64,000 bases of DNA from Spirochaetia bacterium. GTDB taxonomy: Bacteria; Spirochaetota; Spirochaetia; SZUA-6; Bin103. The position numbers were made by a program, and so were the translations under genes. Of this stretch, positions 24,736-38,587 are shown in pieces; position 1 is the first letter of the stretch; every line of letters begins with the position of its first letter. The DNA is taken from positions 1,152,001 to 1,216,000 of the forward strand of contig CBDBOV010000006.1 of NCBI GenBank assembly GCA_965208575.1. Direction: 5' to 3'. Under the pieces are notes generated by a model. That model did not search any database, was not told the origin of the DNA, and saw nothing but the letters and a program-made list of their open reading frames with translations.

Positions 24736-28089
<3,354 letters not shown>

Positions 28090-28184
28090 AGTGGGCCGAA
28101 CCTATCGCCGCGTCCGCCGCCGGGTCAAGGCGACCGGGCGTTGGCGGCGCTGGTGCTGGCGCCGCCGGCGGACGGCACAGGGGG

Positions 28185-28931
28185 TCAGGCGGCGTCGGAG
28201 GGGGTGAGCGGGCGCAGCCAGATGTTGCGGAAGCGAGTCGGGTTGCGGTGATCCTGCAGGCGCAGCGGCCCGGCCGGCGGGTGCGGCGCGTCGTAGGTGG
28301 CGAGGATGCGGTGGCCGGTCGGCCCAAGCGCCTCCCGCCGGTGGTGGATCAGCACGCCGTTGAGAACAATCGTCAGGAAGGCGGGGCTGACCAGGCGTCC
28401 GCCGTCGAAGCGCGCCGACTCGAACACGATGTCGTAGCTCTGCCACTCGCCGGGCCGGCGGCAGGCGTTGACCAGCGGCGGGTACTGGCCGTAGAGGGCG
28501 CCGGTGTGGCCGTCGGCGTAGGTGCGGTTGTCGTAGCTGTCGAGCACCTGCACCTCGTACAGGCCGAGCAGGAACAGGCCGCTGTTGCCGCGCCCCTGGC
28601 TGCTGCCCTCCACCTTGGCCGGACAGGCGAACTCCAGGTGGAGCTGGCAGTCGCCGAAGTGCTCGCGGGTCTCGATGTCGCCGGTGCCGGACACCACCTC
28701 GATGAAGCCGTCGCGCACCTGCCAGCCGGCCGCGCCGCCGTCCTTGCCCTGCCACTGCTCCAGGCCGCTGCCGTCGAACAGCACCACGGCATCGGCGGGG
28801 GGCGCGCCGGGTGCCGCGCCGGGAGTCACTACCCGCGGTTGCGGGCGGTTCGCGTCGTGCACGCGCCACCGGCCGCCGGGCAGGAACGGGGTGTCGTCGT
28901 AGCCGAGCACCGGCTGTTTCTGATTTGCCAT
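28185..28931 (-). CDS. DUF1080 / 3-keto-disaccharide hydrolase family protein
   Basis: VLFDG, GNSG, YEVQVLDS, GEWQSYDI, LQDH, FRNIW. Confidence 0.88.
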   Translation of the reverse strand: MANQKQPVLGYDDTPFLPGGRWRVHDANRPQPRVVTPGAAPGAPPADAVVLFDGSGLEQWQGKDGGAAGWQVRDGFIEVVSGTGDIETREHFGDCQLHLEFACPAKVEGSSQGRGNSGLFLLGLYEVQVLDSYDNRTYADGHTGALYGQYPPLVNACRRPGEWQSYDIVFESARFDGGRLVSPAFLTIVLNGVLIHHRREALGPTGHRILATYDAPHPPAGPLRLQDHRNPTRFRNIWLRPLTPSDAA

Positions 28932-28958
28932 TACGGACTCCTTCGTTATCGGAAGCTG

Positions 28959-29987
28959 TTACCGGAAGCTGCTCATGTCCACCATGGCGCGGGTCTGCGG
29001 GTTCAGCAGCGGCTCGCCGCCGAACAGGCGCACCACCTCGTCGAGCACCCAGCGCAACTGGTAGCGGCCCGAACCCTCGATCGAGCCGGCCACGTGCGGC
29101 GACAGGGTCAGGTGCGGGCAGCCGAACAGCGATGAATCGGCGGGCGGCGGCTCCGGGTCGGTGACGTCGATGAACGCCCAGATGCGGCGCCGGTGCAGCT
29201 CGGCGACCAGCGCCTGCTGGTCGACCAGCGGCCCGCGCGAGGTGTTGATGAAGATCGCCCCGTCGCGCAGCAGGGCCAGCCGTTCGGCGTTCACCAGGTG
29301 GCGCGTCTGGTCGTTGTTGGGGGCGTGCACGCTGACCACGTCCGACTCGGCGAACAGCGCCTCCAGCTCGCGCTTCTCGGCGCCGAGCGCGGCCGCCTGC
29401 TGCGCGCTGACGAACGGGTCGGCGAGCAGCAGGCGCACCTGGTAGTGGGCGAGCAGCGCCAGCACGCGGCGCCCCACCTCGCCGGCGCCGATGATGCCGA
29501 CAGTGATGCCGCGCACGTCGGATGAGGGCCGGTGCAACTGCACGTCGCGCCACCTGCCCTGCGCGGTCTGCGGCGCCAGCTCCATCAGCGAACGGCGCCC
29601 GATCACGACCAGCGCCGCCGTGTACTGCGCCACCTCCTCGGCGATGGCGCCGGCGGCGCTGACCACCGCGATGTCGCGCTCCCACACGGCCGGCGTCAGG
29701 TATGGGCGCAGGGTGCCGGCGGCGTGCGCGATGATGCGCAGGCCGGGGGCGGCGGCAAGCAACTCGGCGCTGATCGGCGGCGAGCCCCAGCAGGTAACGC
29801 AGCCATCGGCGCCGGCCAGCAGCTCGGCAGCCATGGCGGCGTCCACCGCGTTGCGCGCCTCGGAGGCGCGCGCGGCCGCCGGCGGGTGGCGAAACCGCAG
29901 GCGCTCCTCGTAGCGGGCGAACTCGTCCGGGATCATGACCCGCGAGTTGGTGTTGAGCACCGCAATGAGCGGCCGTTTAGTAGCCAT
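28959..29987 (-). CDS. D-2-hydroxyacid dehydrogenase family protein
   Basis: GIIGAGEVG, FINTSRG, IDVTDPEP, SPHVAG. Confidence 0.9.
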   Translation of the reverse strand: MATKRPLIAVLNTNSRVMIPDEFARYEERLRFRHPPAAARASEARNAVDAAMAAELLAGADGCVTCWGSPPISAELLAAAPGLRIIAHAAGTLRPYLTPAVWERDIAVVSAAGAIAEEVAQYTAALVVIGRRSLMELAPQTAQGRWRDVQLHRPSSDVRGITVGIIGAGEVGRRVLALLAHYQVRLLLADPFVSAQQAAALGAEKRELEALFAESDVVSVHAPNNDQTRHLVNAERLALLRDGAIFINTSRGPLVDQQALVAELHRRRIWAFIDVTDPEPPPADSSLFGCPHLTLSPHVAGSIEGSGRYQLRWVLDEVVRLFGGEPLLNPQTRAMVDMSSFR

Positions 29988-30070
29988 CGTTAGTTGCCGT
30001 CGCCCGGCAACCTACCCGCCGTCCCGGCAACGTGACAAGGTGGCCGCCCATCGGGGGTTGCAGCGCGCTG

Positions 30071-32266
30071 CTACGGGGCAGCGATGGTCTTCTCGGCCAG
30101 GGTCTTGCCCTCGCATGACAGGGTAACCGTGGTCGCTTCCGTCTCGAAATAGGGCCCGAGGAATCTGGCCACGCCATAATTGCCCCACAAACCCGCCGAC
30201 GCGGTGTGCGAGGTTGCTGCGGTTACGCCGGCAATTCTGCCATTGTCGGAGCACAGGCGGGACACGGTCCAGTCAGCACGAATCACGTTGTCGGACCGAC
30301 GAGTGAGCGTGAGGGTCCCGGTTGCCGGGGCGTCGATGGTCGCCGTGGTTATTTCAGCGGCGTTGCACTTGAGTTTGACGTCGGCCGCCTTCGTCGTGTA
30401 CGCGGTGGCGGTGGTTTCAACGTTGCCACTGGAGCCACTGATGGCAAAGTCATGGGTCTGGGTCTCGCCGGCGGGGGAGGTGGTGACCTTGCCCGCTGCG
30501 CAGGATGGGTTCAGGGTCCATGCCACCTTGACGGAGTCTGCGCTGCCGCGAGTCAGCGTGAGGCTCCCCGCGGGGGCAGCGATGGTCTCCTTGGCCACGA
30601 CGACGCCGGCGCACCGGAGTTCGACGTTGGCCGCCACGTTCCGGTATTTTGCCGTCGAGAGGCTCTCGGAACCACTGGTTCCGGTGAGGTCGAAGGTGTC
30701 CGCCGTTGAGCCGCCGGCGGTAGCACGAACGCGCGGGTTGCGATCGCAGGTGCGGGACAGGCTCCATGCAGCCGTGACATTGTAGTCAGCGCCGCGGCTC
30801 AGCGTGAGGGTCCCCGCGGGGGCAGCGATGGTCTCCCTGGCCATGCGGACGCCGGTGCAGTCGAGTGTGACACCGGCACCCTGCGACTTGTACTTGCTGT
30901 CGGTGAACTCGACGCTGCCGCCGGTCCCGCTGATGGTACGAGAGTCGCCCGCTGACCCGTCTGCGGGGGTGGCGGCAATCTCGCCTGTGCTGCAGGATGG
31001 GTTCAAGATCCACGCCACTTCGAGAGAGTTGCCGTTGCCGCGGGTCAGCGTGAGGGTCCCCGCGGGGGCAGCGATGGTCTCCTTGGCCAGGACGACGCCG
31101 GCGCACCGGAGTTCGACGTTGGCCGCCACATTCCGGTATTTTGCCGTCGACAGGCTCTCGGTACCGCTGGTCCCGGTGAGGTCGAAGGTTTCCGCCGTTG
31201 AGCCGCCGGCGGTAGCACGAACGCGCGGGTTGCGATCGCAGGTCCGGGACAGGCTCCAAGCAGCCGTGACATGGTAGTCACCGCCGCGGCGCAGCGTGAG
31301 GGTCCCGGTGATCGCAGGCGGCGGCGGTGGGCCTCTCACCGTGGTCGCGGGAGCAGCGATGGTCTCCGTGGCCATGCGGGCGCCGTTGCAATCGAGTGTG
31401 ACACCGGCACCCTGCGACTTGTACTTGCGGTCGGTGAACTCGATGCTGCCACCGGTCCCGCTGATGGTACGAGAGTCGCCCGCTGACCCGTCTGCGGGGG
31501 ATGCGGGGGTGGCGGCAATCTCGCCTGCGCTGCAGGAGGGGTTCAAGGTCCACGCCACGTGGAGAGAGTTGCCGTTGCCGCGAGTCAGCGTGAGGCTCCC
31601 CGCGGGGGCAGCGATGGTCTCCGTGGCCAGCGTCTCGCCGTCGCAACGGAGTTCAACGGTGGCCGCCACGTTCCGGTAGTGCACGTTCCGGAGGTTTTCG
31701 GAGCCACTGGTTCCCGTGAGGGCGAAGATGTCCGGGGTTGAACCGGCGGCGGTGGCACGAAGCTGCGGGCTGCGAGCGCAGGTTCGGGGAAAGCTCCACG
31801 CAGCCGTGACGTTGTAGTCGCCGCCGCGACTCAGTGCGAGGCTCCCCGTGTTCGGAGGAGGAGCGTTCCCCGTGATCGCAGGCGCAGCGATGGTCTCCTC
31901 GACCACGGTGGTGTCCCCGCAGGTCAGAGACACCGTGGCCCCTTCCGTGCGGAAAGCATCCGCGGAGAAGGTAACCGTACCGCCGGTGCCGCGCAGGCCA
32001 TGTGTTTCCGTCGCCGCGGTGGATGAGCTTACGCCCTTGATCGCTCCGGCCTCCACGCCACCAACGACGCACTCGCGGGAGAGGGTCCAGTCGATGCGGA
32101 GCGCGTTGGTCGCGGCGCGACTGGGCGCGAGGCTTCCCGTGATGTCGGTTGCAGGTGCGCGAGTGCCGGCTCCCGAGCAGCCGATAAGCGCGGCGGCAGC
32201 GACGACAGCCGCCAGTGCCTTCGATCGTGCAAGAGGACGCAACTCCTGTTCGCCGACCACACGCAT
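30071..32266 (-). CDS. Lipoprotein with 8 tandem ~80-aa two-cysteine beta-rich repeat domains
   Basis: Lipobox LIGC; each unit G(S/T)L.L.R....W...C...L.C...TIAAP; 492-bp near-identical DNA repeat (30579 vs 31071). Confidence 0.8.
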   Translation of the reverse strand: MRVVGEQELRPLARSKALAAVVAAAALIGCSGAGTRAPATDITGSLAPSRAATNALRIDWTLSRECVVGGVEAGAIKGVSSSTAATETHGLRGTGGTVTFSADAFRTEGATVSLTCGDTTVVEETIAAPAITGNAPPPNTGSLALSRGGDYNVTAAWSFPRTCARSPQLRATAAGSTPDIFALTGTSGSENLRNVHYRNVAATVELRCDGETLATETIAAPAGSLTLTRGNGNSLHVAWTLNPSCSAGEIAATPASPADGSAGDSRTISGTGGSIEFTDRKYKSQGAGVTLDCNGARMATETIAAPATTVRGPPPPPAITGTLTLRRGGDYHVTAAWSLSRTCDRNPRVRATAGGSTAETFDLTGTSGTESLSTAKYRNVAANVELRCAGVVLAKETIAAPAGTLTLTRGNGNSLEVAWILNPSCSTGEIAATPADGSAGDSRTISGTGGSVEFTDSKYKSQGAGVTLDCTGVRMARETIAAPAGTLTLSRGADYNVTAAWSLSRTCDRNPRVRATAGGSTADTFDLTGTSGSESLSTAKYRNVAANVELRCAGVVVAKETIAAPAGSLTLTRGSADSVKVAWTLNPSCAAGKVTTSPAGETQTHDFAISGSSGNVETTATAYTTKAADVKLKCNAAEITTATIDAPATGTLTLTRRSDNVIRADWTVSRLCSDNGRIAGVTAATSHTASAGLWGNYGVARFLGPYFETEATTVTLSCEGKTLAEKTIAAP

Positions 32267-32386
32267 ATCGATGTCGTGTGATCGTGGCCCGGGTCCCTAT
32301 CCGACGTCAATACCATTTTCATAGCCTTTTCGTATTCTTACATAACGTTTTCATCATTATTCAGGTCACCCGCGCCCGTGCCCGTG

Positions 32387-33046
32387 CTATTGGCGGCTGG
32401 GTGCCGTACTGCCGTGGCCGAACGTGCGCGGCGTAAACCCCGCGCGGTTGGTGATGCTGGCACTGCTGCCGGTGGCGCGAATCACGAACAGGCCGAGCCG
32501 CTCGGCACGCACGTCCGACTCCTGGTAAGCTCTCAGATAGGCGACCGCCCCGTAGATCCGCCGCGAAGCGTACTCCCGCATCAGGTCGGGAAACTCGTTC
32601 AACCGCCGGACGAAACGATCGATATCGGGCACCCTGAGCGTGGTCTTGACTTCCACCACCACGACCTCTTCGCCGTTGATCGCCAAGATGTCGAACTCCC
32701 AGCGCCGCTCACCGTAGTTCTGCCGCGGGTTGGTTACCGTGTGCTGTACCGCGATGCCGCGCCGCTGGAGGAGCCTGATGAGGTCGCCTTCCACCAGCGA
32801 CTCGATCAGCTTGCCCCACTGCCCGTTGAACAGCTCGTCCAGTTTGGCCATGCGCCGGTCGGCGGCGCGCGCCTGCCGTGTGATCAACTCGTCGGTCGCC
32901 TGCAACCGCCGATCGGTCTCCTGCATGCGCCGATCGGTCTCCTGCATGCGCCGCCCAGCCTCCTGCTGCGCTGCGGAGGTCTCCCGGAGAATCTCCCAGA
33001 TCTCCTGCGGGGTCGCTGGATCTCGGTGTCCGTTGCCGTCGGTCAT
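32387..33046 (-). CDS. Coiled-coil + PD-(D/E)XK nuclease-fold protein (DUF3782-like)
   Basis: ETDRRMQ heptads, WGKLIE, EFDILAING..VVVEVK. Confidence 0.75.
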   Translation of the reverse strand: MTDGNGHRDPATPQEIWEILRETSAAQQEAGRRMQETDRRMQETDRRLQATDELITRQARAADRRMAKLDELFNGQWGKLIESLVEGDLIRLLQRRGIAVQHTVTNPRQNYGERRWEFDILAINGEEVVVVEVKTTLRVPDIDRFVRRLNEFPDLMREYASRRIYGAVAYLRAYQESDVRAERLGLFVIRATGSSASITNRAGFTPRTFGHGSTAPSRQ

Positions 33047-33168
33047 CGGTACGCTCGCTCATCTCAATGTACAACAGACCGAACGTTCCGGTAAAGCCGC
33101 CGGGGCGAGCAGGTCACGTACAGCGTCGCCGAACATGTTCAGGCGGACTGCGGCCGACCGGCCGCCTG

Positions 33169-34389
33169 TCAGAAACCCCAGTCGTAGTGGGGGACCGGCA
33201 GGGCGAGGGCGGCGTCGATGGCGGACAGGAGGTCGGGCGGACCGTCGAGGTCGTCGGTCACCGCCAGCGAGGTGGCCGGCCGCACGCCGAACCAGAGACG
33301 GGTGAAGGCGCCCACGCCGGCGCTGAGCACGGGCATGCCGGGGTCGTTGCCGGGCTCCGCGCTGGAGTTGGCGCCGAGCCGCACCACGTACTCTCCGCCG
33401 ACGCCCTGCCAGCCGTCCTCCGGCAAGTAGCGCGCCACCGGATCGCTCAGCCGCAGGTTGAAGGCCACGTCGGATCGTGCGTGCACCGCTGCGATGCACG
33501 CCGGCAGGTCGAGGATGCGCGCCTGCCAGTAGGCGGCGCTCGACATGCGGTGCTCCTGCTCGGCGCGGTGGCTGCGCGAGCGGTTGCGGAACGGCCACTC
33601 CAGGAGATCCTGGATCTGGATCTGCGGCGGTTCCTGGATCTCCAGGTGGACCACCTGGTCGGACAGATCGCGCAGCAGCGCCAGCAGCTCCAGGAGCTGG
33701 TCGGTGGATTCGTAGGCGAACCACCAGACGCTGTACGGACCCTGCTCGCCCTTCGCATTGGCCCAGAAGTGGTGGCTGATGCGGTCGCCGTCGCGGTAGC
33801 CGAGCCCGAAGCCGTTGTCCGCCTCCTGCATGGCGGTGCGGGTGAAGGTGGGGTCGTGGAAGTTCACGCCGCCGTGCGGGCGCAGGCGGGCCAGGCGCCC
33901 GGCATGCACCGCTTCGGCATCGTCCACGCCGATGCGCACCGGCGGCCGCGCCCGCACCGGCACGCGCAGCGTGGCCGGGTCGAAGGTCACCTCGTGCTCG
34001 TATGCCATGGTCCCGAAACCGAGCTGGTTGTAGTAACCCTGGTCGAACATGCTCAGCCCGGCGAGCGCGGCGCCGCGCAGCGCCGCGTCGGCGAGCGCCA
34101 CCGCGGTGGTGCGGCTGGCCAGCCCCTGCCGCCGCGCCACCCGGCTGGTGGTGACTCCCGCCACCGCGGCGAACGGCAGCTCGCCCTGCTGGTAGCGCAG
34201 CGCACCGCTGTACATCAGCACGCCGCACTCTGCGGCGCCGTTCTGCTCGGCCACGAAGCCGCGGCTGGCGGCGGCGAAGGTGTCGAAGATCTGCTCCTTC
34301 TCCTTCTCCTTGCCGACCCAGCCCACTTCCCGGAACACGCGCAACAGGTTGTCGCGGTCGCGCTGGTGGTCGTAACGCCGAATGATCAT
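33169..34389 (-). CDS. GNAT acetyltransferase (Eis-like, C-terminal SCP2-like)
   Basis: VAGVTTSRVARRQGLA, YYNQLGF; ATG at 34389. Confidence 0.78.
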   Translation of the reverse strand: MIIRRYDHQRDRDNLLRVFREVGWVGKEKEKEQIFDTFAAASRGFVAEQNGAAECGVLMYSGALRYQQGELPFAAVAGVTTSRVARRQGLASRTTAVALADAALRGAALAGLSMFDQGYYNQLGFGTMAYEHEVTFDPATLRVPVRARPPVRIGVDDAEAVHAGRLARLRPHGGVNFHDPTFTRTAMQEADNGFGLGYRDGDRISHHFWANAKGEQGPYSVWWFAYESTDQLLELLALLRDLSDQVVHLEIQEPPQIQIQDLLEWPFRNRSRSHRAEQEHRMSSAAYWQARILDLPACIAAVHARSDVAFNLRLSDPVARYLPEDGWQGVGGEYVVRLGANSSAEPGNDPGMPVLSAGVGAFTRLWFGVRPATSLAVTDDLDGPPDLLSAIDAALALPVPHYDWGF

Positions 34390-34393
34390 CCGA

Positions 34394-36052
34394 TTAACTC
34401 CCGGTGGATTGGTCGGTCGCGAAGCGCGGCTTGGCAGCGGCGGGCGGAGCACTGTCCGCCGCACGGACCGGGGAGCCGTCCGGGGTCGGCGGGCGAGCGG
34501 CGCCGGCTTCCGAGCCGCCGGGGCCGTGGTCTGGCGCCCCCGCCGCGGGTCCTGGCCGCCCGGCGAAGCCGGCGCCGCCGTCCGCGGCCCCGTCTGCCAC
34601 GGCGCCCTCCGGCTGCGGACCCCGCGGCGCGCCGGGCGGACCGTGGCCGCCGCCTCTGCCGGGACCGCCGCCGGGCCGCGCACCTCCCCACGCCGTCGGC
34701 GGCGCGCTCAGGACGGCGCCGAATGTTCGCCTGAGCAGGAGGTAACCGAAGGCGAACGAGACGAGGTTGGCGGTCACGATGATCCACCACACGCCGGTGA
34801 TCGAGCCGCCGGGGGCCACCGCCCGCGTCACGAGCGCGGTGCCGCCGACCAGGATCGCCATGCGGGTGGCCGACACGGCAAACCCCCGCCACGACTTTCC
34901 GAGTCCCTGAAACGAGCTCACCACCACGAACGACGCCGCCACGATGCCGTAGGTGAGCGGGATCATCGCCAGGTAGGAGCGGGTATAGCCGGTCACCACC
35001 GGATCGTCGGTGAATACGCCGACGATGGCGCCGCGGGCGAGGAACGCGACCAGTCCCACGGCAGAGCCGATGCCGAACGCGAACAGCAGTGCGGTGTGAT
35101 ACGACGCACGGGCGCGGTCGGGGCGGCCGCCGCCGATATTCTGGCCGATCATCGCCATGGCCGCGACGCCGAACCCGATCGCCGGCAGGAACGAGAAGAA
35201 CTCGATGCGGAAGCCGATCGACAGCCCGACCACGCCGGCTTCCAGGAACGCCAGCGCCACCAGCGAGTTGAGGGCGGCCAGTCCGGCCGGGCCGAGCACG
35301 TTGGTCAGCGCCGCGGGGAAGCCGATCGCCAGCACCTGCCGCACCGAGCGCAGCCGGAACACCAGGTTGCGGAAGCGGAACTTCACCATCATGTCGCGCT
35401 GATGCAGCAGGGTGATGCCGGCGATCACCAGCAGGATCTGGGAGATGATGGTGGCGTAGGCGGCGCCGCGTACGCCGAACGCGGGAATGCCGAAACCGCC
35501 GAAGATCAGCAGCGGATCGAGCGCCGCGTTGATGGTGGTGGAGATGGCGAACAGCCAGGTGACGGTGCGGTTGTCGCCCTGCGAGTTGAACCCGAAGATC
35601 ACCGCGAAGAAGATGAACATCAGCACCGAGCCGCCGGCCACGATGGTGAAGTAGTCGACCGCCAGGGGCAGGATGTCGCCGGTGGCGCCGGTCAGGGTGA
35701 GCAGCTTGCGGCGCAGGCTGAGGGAGATGGTGGTGAAGCACGCGGCGGCGATGAAGTTGAGCACGAACGACTGCCCCATCACCCGCTCCGCCTCGGGGAT
35801 GTCGCGCCGCCCGATGCTCATCGCCATCACCACGCCGGAACCGACCGTGATGCCGATGGTGAGCGAGACCATCACGAACAGGGTGATTTGCGACACCGTG
35901 ACCGCGGCAATGGCGCTGTCGGAGAGGCGGCTGACCCAGAACGCGTCCACCAGTTGGTAGAGGGTCTGAAAGAAGATGGACAGCATCACCGGCCAGGCCA
36001 GCGACCAGCTCAGCGATGGGATCGACCCGGTGGTGAGGACGCGTCCGCGCAT
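34394..36052 (-). CDS. MATE family efflux transporter
   Basis: LTTGSI...LAWP, LVDAFWVSRL, LDPLLIFG, GVRGAAYAT; long Gly/Pro C-terminal tail. Confidence 0.9.
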   Translation of the reverse strand: MRGRVLTTGSIPSLSWSLAWPVMLSIFFQTLYQLVDAFWVSRLSDSAIAAVTVSQITLFVMVSLTIGITVGSGVVMAMSIGRRDIPEAERVMGQSFVLNFIAAACFTTISLSLRRKLLTLTGATGDILPLAVDYFTIVAGGSVLMFIFFAVIFGFNSQGDNRTVTWLFAISTTINAALDPLLIFGGFGIPAFGVRGAAYATIISQILLVIAGITLLHQRDMMVKFRFRNLVFRLRSVRQVLAIGFPAALTNVLGPAGLAALNSLVALAFLEAGVVGLSIGFRIEFFSFLPAIGFGVAAMAMIGQNIGGGRPDRARASYHTALLFAFGIGSAVGLVAFLARGAIVGVFTDDPVVTGYTRSYLAMIPLTYGIVAASFVVVSSFQGLGKSWRGFAVSATRMAILVGGTALVTRAVAPGGSITGVWWIIVTANLVSFAFGYLLLRRTFGAVLSAPPTAWGGARPGGGPGRGGGHGPPGAPRGPQPEGAVADGAADGGAGFAGRPGPAAGAPDHGPGGSEAGAARPPTPDGSPVRAADSAPPAAAKPRFATDQSTGS

Positions 36053-36119
36053 GACCGGCGTAACCTACCAAGTTAACCGATGGGCCGGCAACGAAAGCCG
36101 GCCAGCACGTGCCAGCACG

Positions 36120-36728
36120 CTACCCGGATGTGATGCCGGCGGACTCCAGGAGCGTGCGAACGGCGGTCCGGTACTCGATGGCACGCGCGGCGTTGCGGGC
36201 GGACGGAGACATCTTGCGCCACGTCCTGGTGAGGATGTCGGCCACCTTGGCGGGCGGATGCTTGCCGGCAAAGGGCTCCAGGTAGTGCTCCAGGAATACC
36301 AGGCAGGCGCAATCCTCCAGCGCCTGCACGTCGCTGTCCGGCATGGCGCGGGCCAGCCCTTCCTTGCGCAGCAGCGCCGCCGCGGCCGCAATCGTGTCGC
36401 CGTCGAACCCTGCCTCCCGCATCAACTCCGCCGTGCGCTCGGCGTGGTGCGCCCCCAGCGTGGTGCGCCAGCGCAGGTACCCGGTGCGCCCCGGCGGGAA
36501 CCGGTCACGCGGAATCGCCCACCGCTCCAGGTGCTGCGCCCGCGCCGCGATGCGCAGCGCCGGTGAAGCATCCGGGCGCAGCCGCTCCAGCCAGCCGCTC
36601 ATGCGCCGCGCGTAGAGCAACTCCTTGGCGTGCTCCACGCCGCCCTCGTTCTCGGTATGGGGATCCTCGCCGTTCGCCGCGTCGATCCGTGCCAGGAGCG
36701 CGTGCAGGCGCCCCGTCTCCGCGTCCAT
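36120..36728 (-). CDS. DUF4202 domain protein
   Basis: IDAANGEDP, ELLYARRM, AQHLERW.IPR, LEDCACLVFL, TWRKMS. Confidence 0.85.
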   Translation of the reverse strand: MDAETGRLHALLARIDAANGEDPHTENEGGVEHAKELLYARRMSGWLERLRPDASPALRIAARAQHLERWAIPRDRFPPGRTGYLRWRTTLGAHHAERTAELMREAGFDGDTIAAAAALLRKEGLARAMPDSDVQALEDCACLVFLEHYLEPFAGKHPPAKVADILTRTWRKMSPSARNAARAIEYRTAVRTLLESAGITSG

Positions 36729-36856
36729 GACCCACAGGGTAGCAGGGCTGCAGCGCCCTTTGCACACGCGTCACACACGTCGCCGGGACTCGGCCGAAAC
36801 GTGCCGCTGCCGCTATGGTACCTTCCTGCCCGATTCTCATCCGATTGGAGTAGCTC

Positions 36857-37519
36857 ATGAGGACTGACCAGCCCGTGAAGACGGCCGTGATCACCGGGGG
36901 GCACGGCTTCGACGTGGTGAATTTCCACCACCTGTTCCAGGCGTTGCCGGGCGTGCGCGCCTACGTACAGCACATGGAAGACTTTGCAACGACCTCCGAA
37001 CAGCAGCGCGATGCCTACGAGTGCGTCGTGTTCTACACCATGCTGCGGGAAGAACCGCACGACGAGGGACTGCCGGGATACGCCGGCAAGCCGCGCGCGG
37101 CGCTCGAGCACCTCGGCGAGACCCGCCAGGGCATCCTCCTTCTCCACCACGCGATCCTGGGCACCCCGCAGTGGCCGCTGTGGGACGCGATGGTGGGCAT
37201 CGACGACCGTTCGTTCGGCTATCACCACGACCAGTCGCTGCACGTGGAGATGGCGGCCCGGGAGCACCCGATCACCCGCGGAGTCGCGGCGTGGGAGATG
37301 ATCGACGAGACCTACACCATGGCCGACGCCGGGGAGGACAGCGAGGTGCTGCTCACCACCGACCACCCGCGCAGCATGCGCACGCTCGCCTGGACCCGCG
37401 CCCACAAGAACGCGCGCGTATTCTGCTTCCAGTCCGGCCACGACAACCAGACCTGGGAGAACGCCGCCTTCCGCGAGATCCTGCGCCGCGGCATCCACTG
37501 GTGCGCACGCCGCATCTGA
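36857..37519 (+). CDS. ThuA-like (class I glutamine amidotransferase-like) protein
   Basis: ITGGHGF, LLHHA, HPITRG, DETY, LAWTR, GHD. Confidence 0.8.
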   Translation: MRTDQPVKTAVITGGHGFDVVNFHHLFQALPGVRAYVQHMEDFATTSEQQRDAYECVVFYTMLREEPHDEGLPGYAGKPRAALEHLGETRQGILLLHHAILGTPQWPLWDAMVGIDDRSFGYHHDQSLHVEMAAREHPITRGVAAWEMIDETYTMADAGEDSEVLLTTDHPRSMRTLAWTRAHKNARVFCFQSGHDNQTWENAAFREILRRGIHWCARRI

Positions 37520-37563
37520 CTCGCCGGCAACAGGATCCCAGCCGCTTGTCGTCCCTCTCGCCC

Positions 37564-38265
37564 CTATTGTCCCGTTATGGCCAGGGTGCCCGGCGGATCG
37601 CCGATCTGGTAGGGTCGATACCCGTCTTCCGCAGTCTTACCTTCGTCGATGTATCCATAGAGGTCTGTCCAAGGGTCCAGCTCCACGGCCATGTGGACCC
37701 CGGTACCCATCCCCCGGGAAGGGTAGTCGAAGGTAGCCGCACCCGGGCTGAACCCGATGATGAACTTCCAAGTGTCCCCGCCGATCTGATTGGTGAATGT
37801 TATGACGAGGCGCTTCGTCAGGTCGTCGCCCGTACGCGTGAACCGGACTACACTCCGAGTTACCTCTTCGGGTTGTTGGTTCACGTAGGTCGTGACCGTG
37901 ACTGTTGCTGCAGCCACCGTAATCATCGGCCCGGTGTTCGTTGGAAGCGCCCGGTTGCAGGAGGAGCAGCCGTGAACGCCCGGGTGGGGGTGTCTGCCCC
38001 GTGGGGACGGGATGGGCGGGTTAGGGTTAGTGTTAGTAGGCGTGTCGGGTTCGACCGCGGACGGTGGATTCGCCGTCGGCGTGCCATCCGGGGTTTCCGG
38101 CTCAGGTGCCGGTTCGGGCGCTCCGGCCGGAGCGCTGGCCACCTCCGCCGGCGCCTCCGCCGGCGCCTCGTTCGCTTGGTCGAGCACAGCCTCCGAACAT
38201 GACAACAGCGCCAATACCCCAATAAGGGCAATTCCGTACCGCCCGGCGAAACTCATAGCCTTCAT
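37564..38265 (-). CDS. Hypothetical lipoprotein with Pro/Ala-rich linker and Calx-beta-like C-terminal domain
   Basis: RBS GGAGG, ATG 38265, lipobox LLSC, FTRTGD / YQIGDP motifs. Confidence 0.6.
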   Translation of the reverse strand: MKAMSFAGRYGIALIGVLALLSCSEAVLDQANEAPAEAPAEVASAPAGAPEPAPEPETPDGTPTANPPSAVEPDTPTNTNPNPPIPSPRGRHPHPGVHGCSSCNRALPTNTGPMITVAAATVTVTTYVNQQPEEVTRSVVRFTRTGDDLTKRLVITFTNQIGGDTWKFIIGFSPGAATFDYPSRGMGTGVHMAVELDPWTDLYGYIDEGKTAEDGYRPYQIGDPPGTLAITGQ

Positions 38266-38587
38266 TCTGCTTCCTCCCGCTTCTGTGTCCTCGTTTTGTC
38301 GCCGTGTCGTCGGAGCAAAGCGTGTGATTCTGACACTCGGACACGCATAAAGCGTTTCGAACATGGTATATCCATATTAACGACGTTGTAAAGGGCACAT
38401 CGTACAATTATCGTATCCTACGGGTGCGGGTGGGCGCTTCGAGAGTTGCGCGATGCGGTGGAGGCCCGGCTCCCGGCGCGGCCGCTCCGGCAGGAACGCC
38501 GGCAGGGCCAGCGTCCGCCGGCAACGAGGTGTGCGCAGCGCCGCGATGCTCGGCACTGACGCCGGCCGCGGGGCGTCGAACTCTTCC

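Noticed and set aside
28090-28184. T-box riboswitch upstream of ileS
   Set aside because: The gap is under 100 bp and has no T-box consensus
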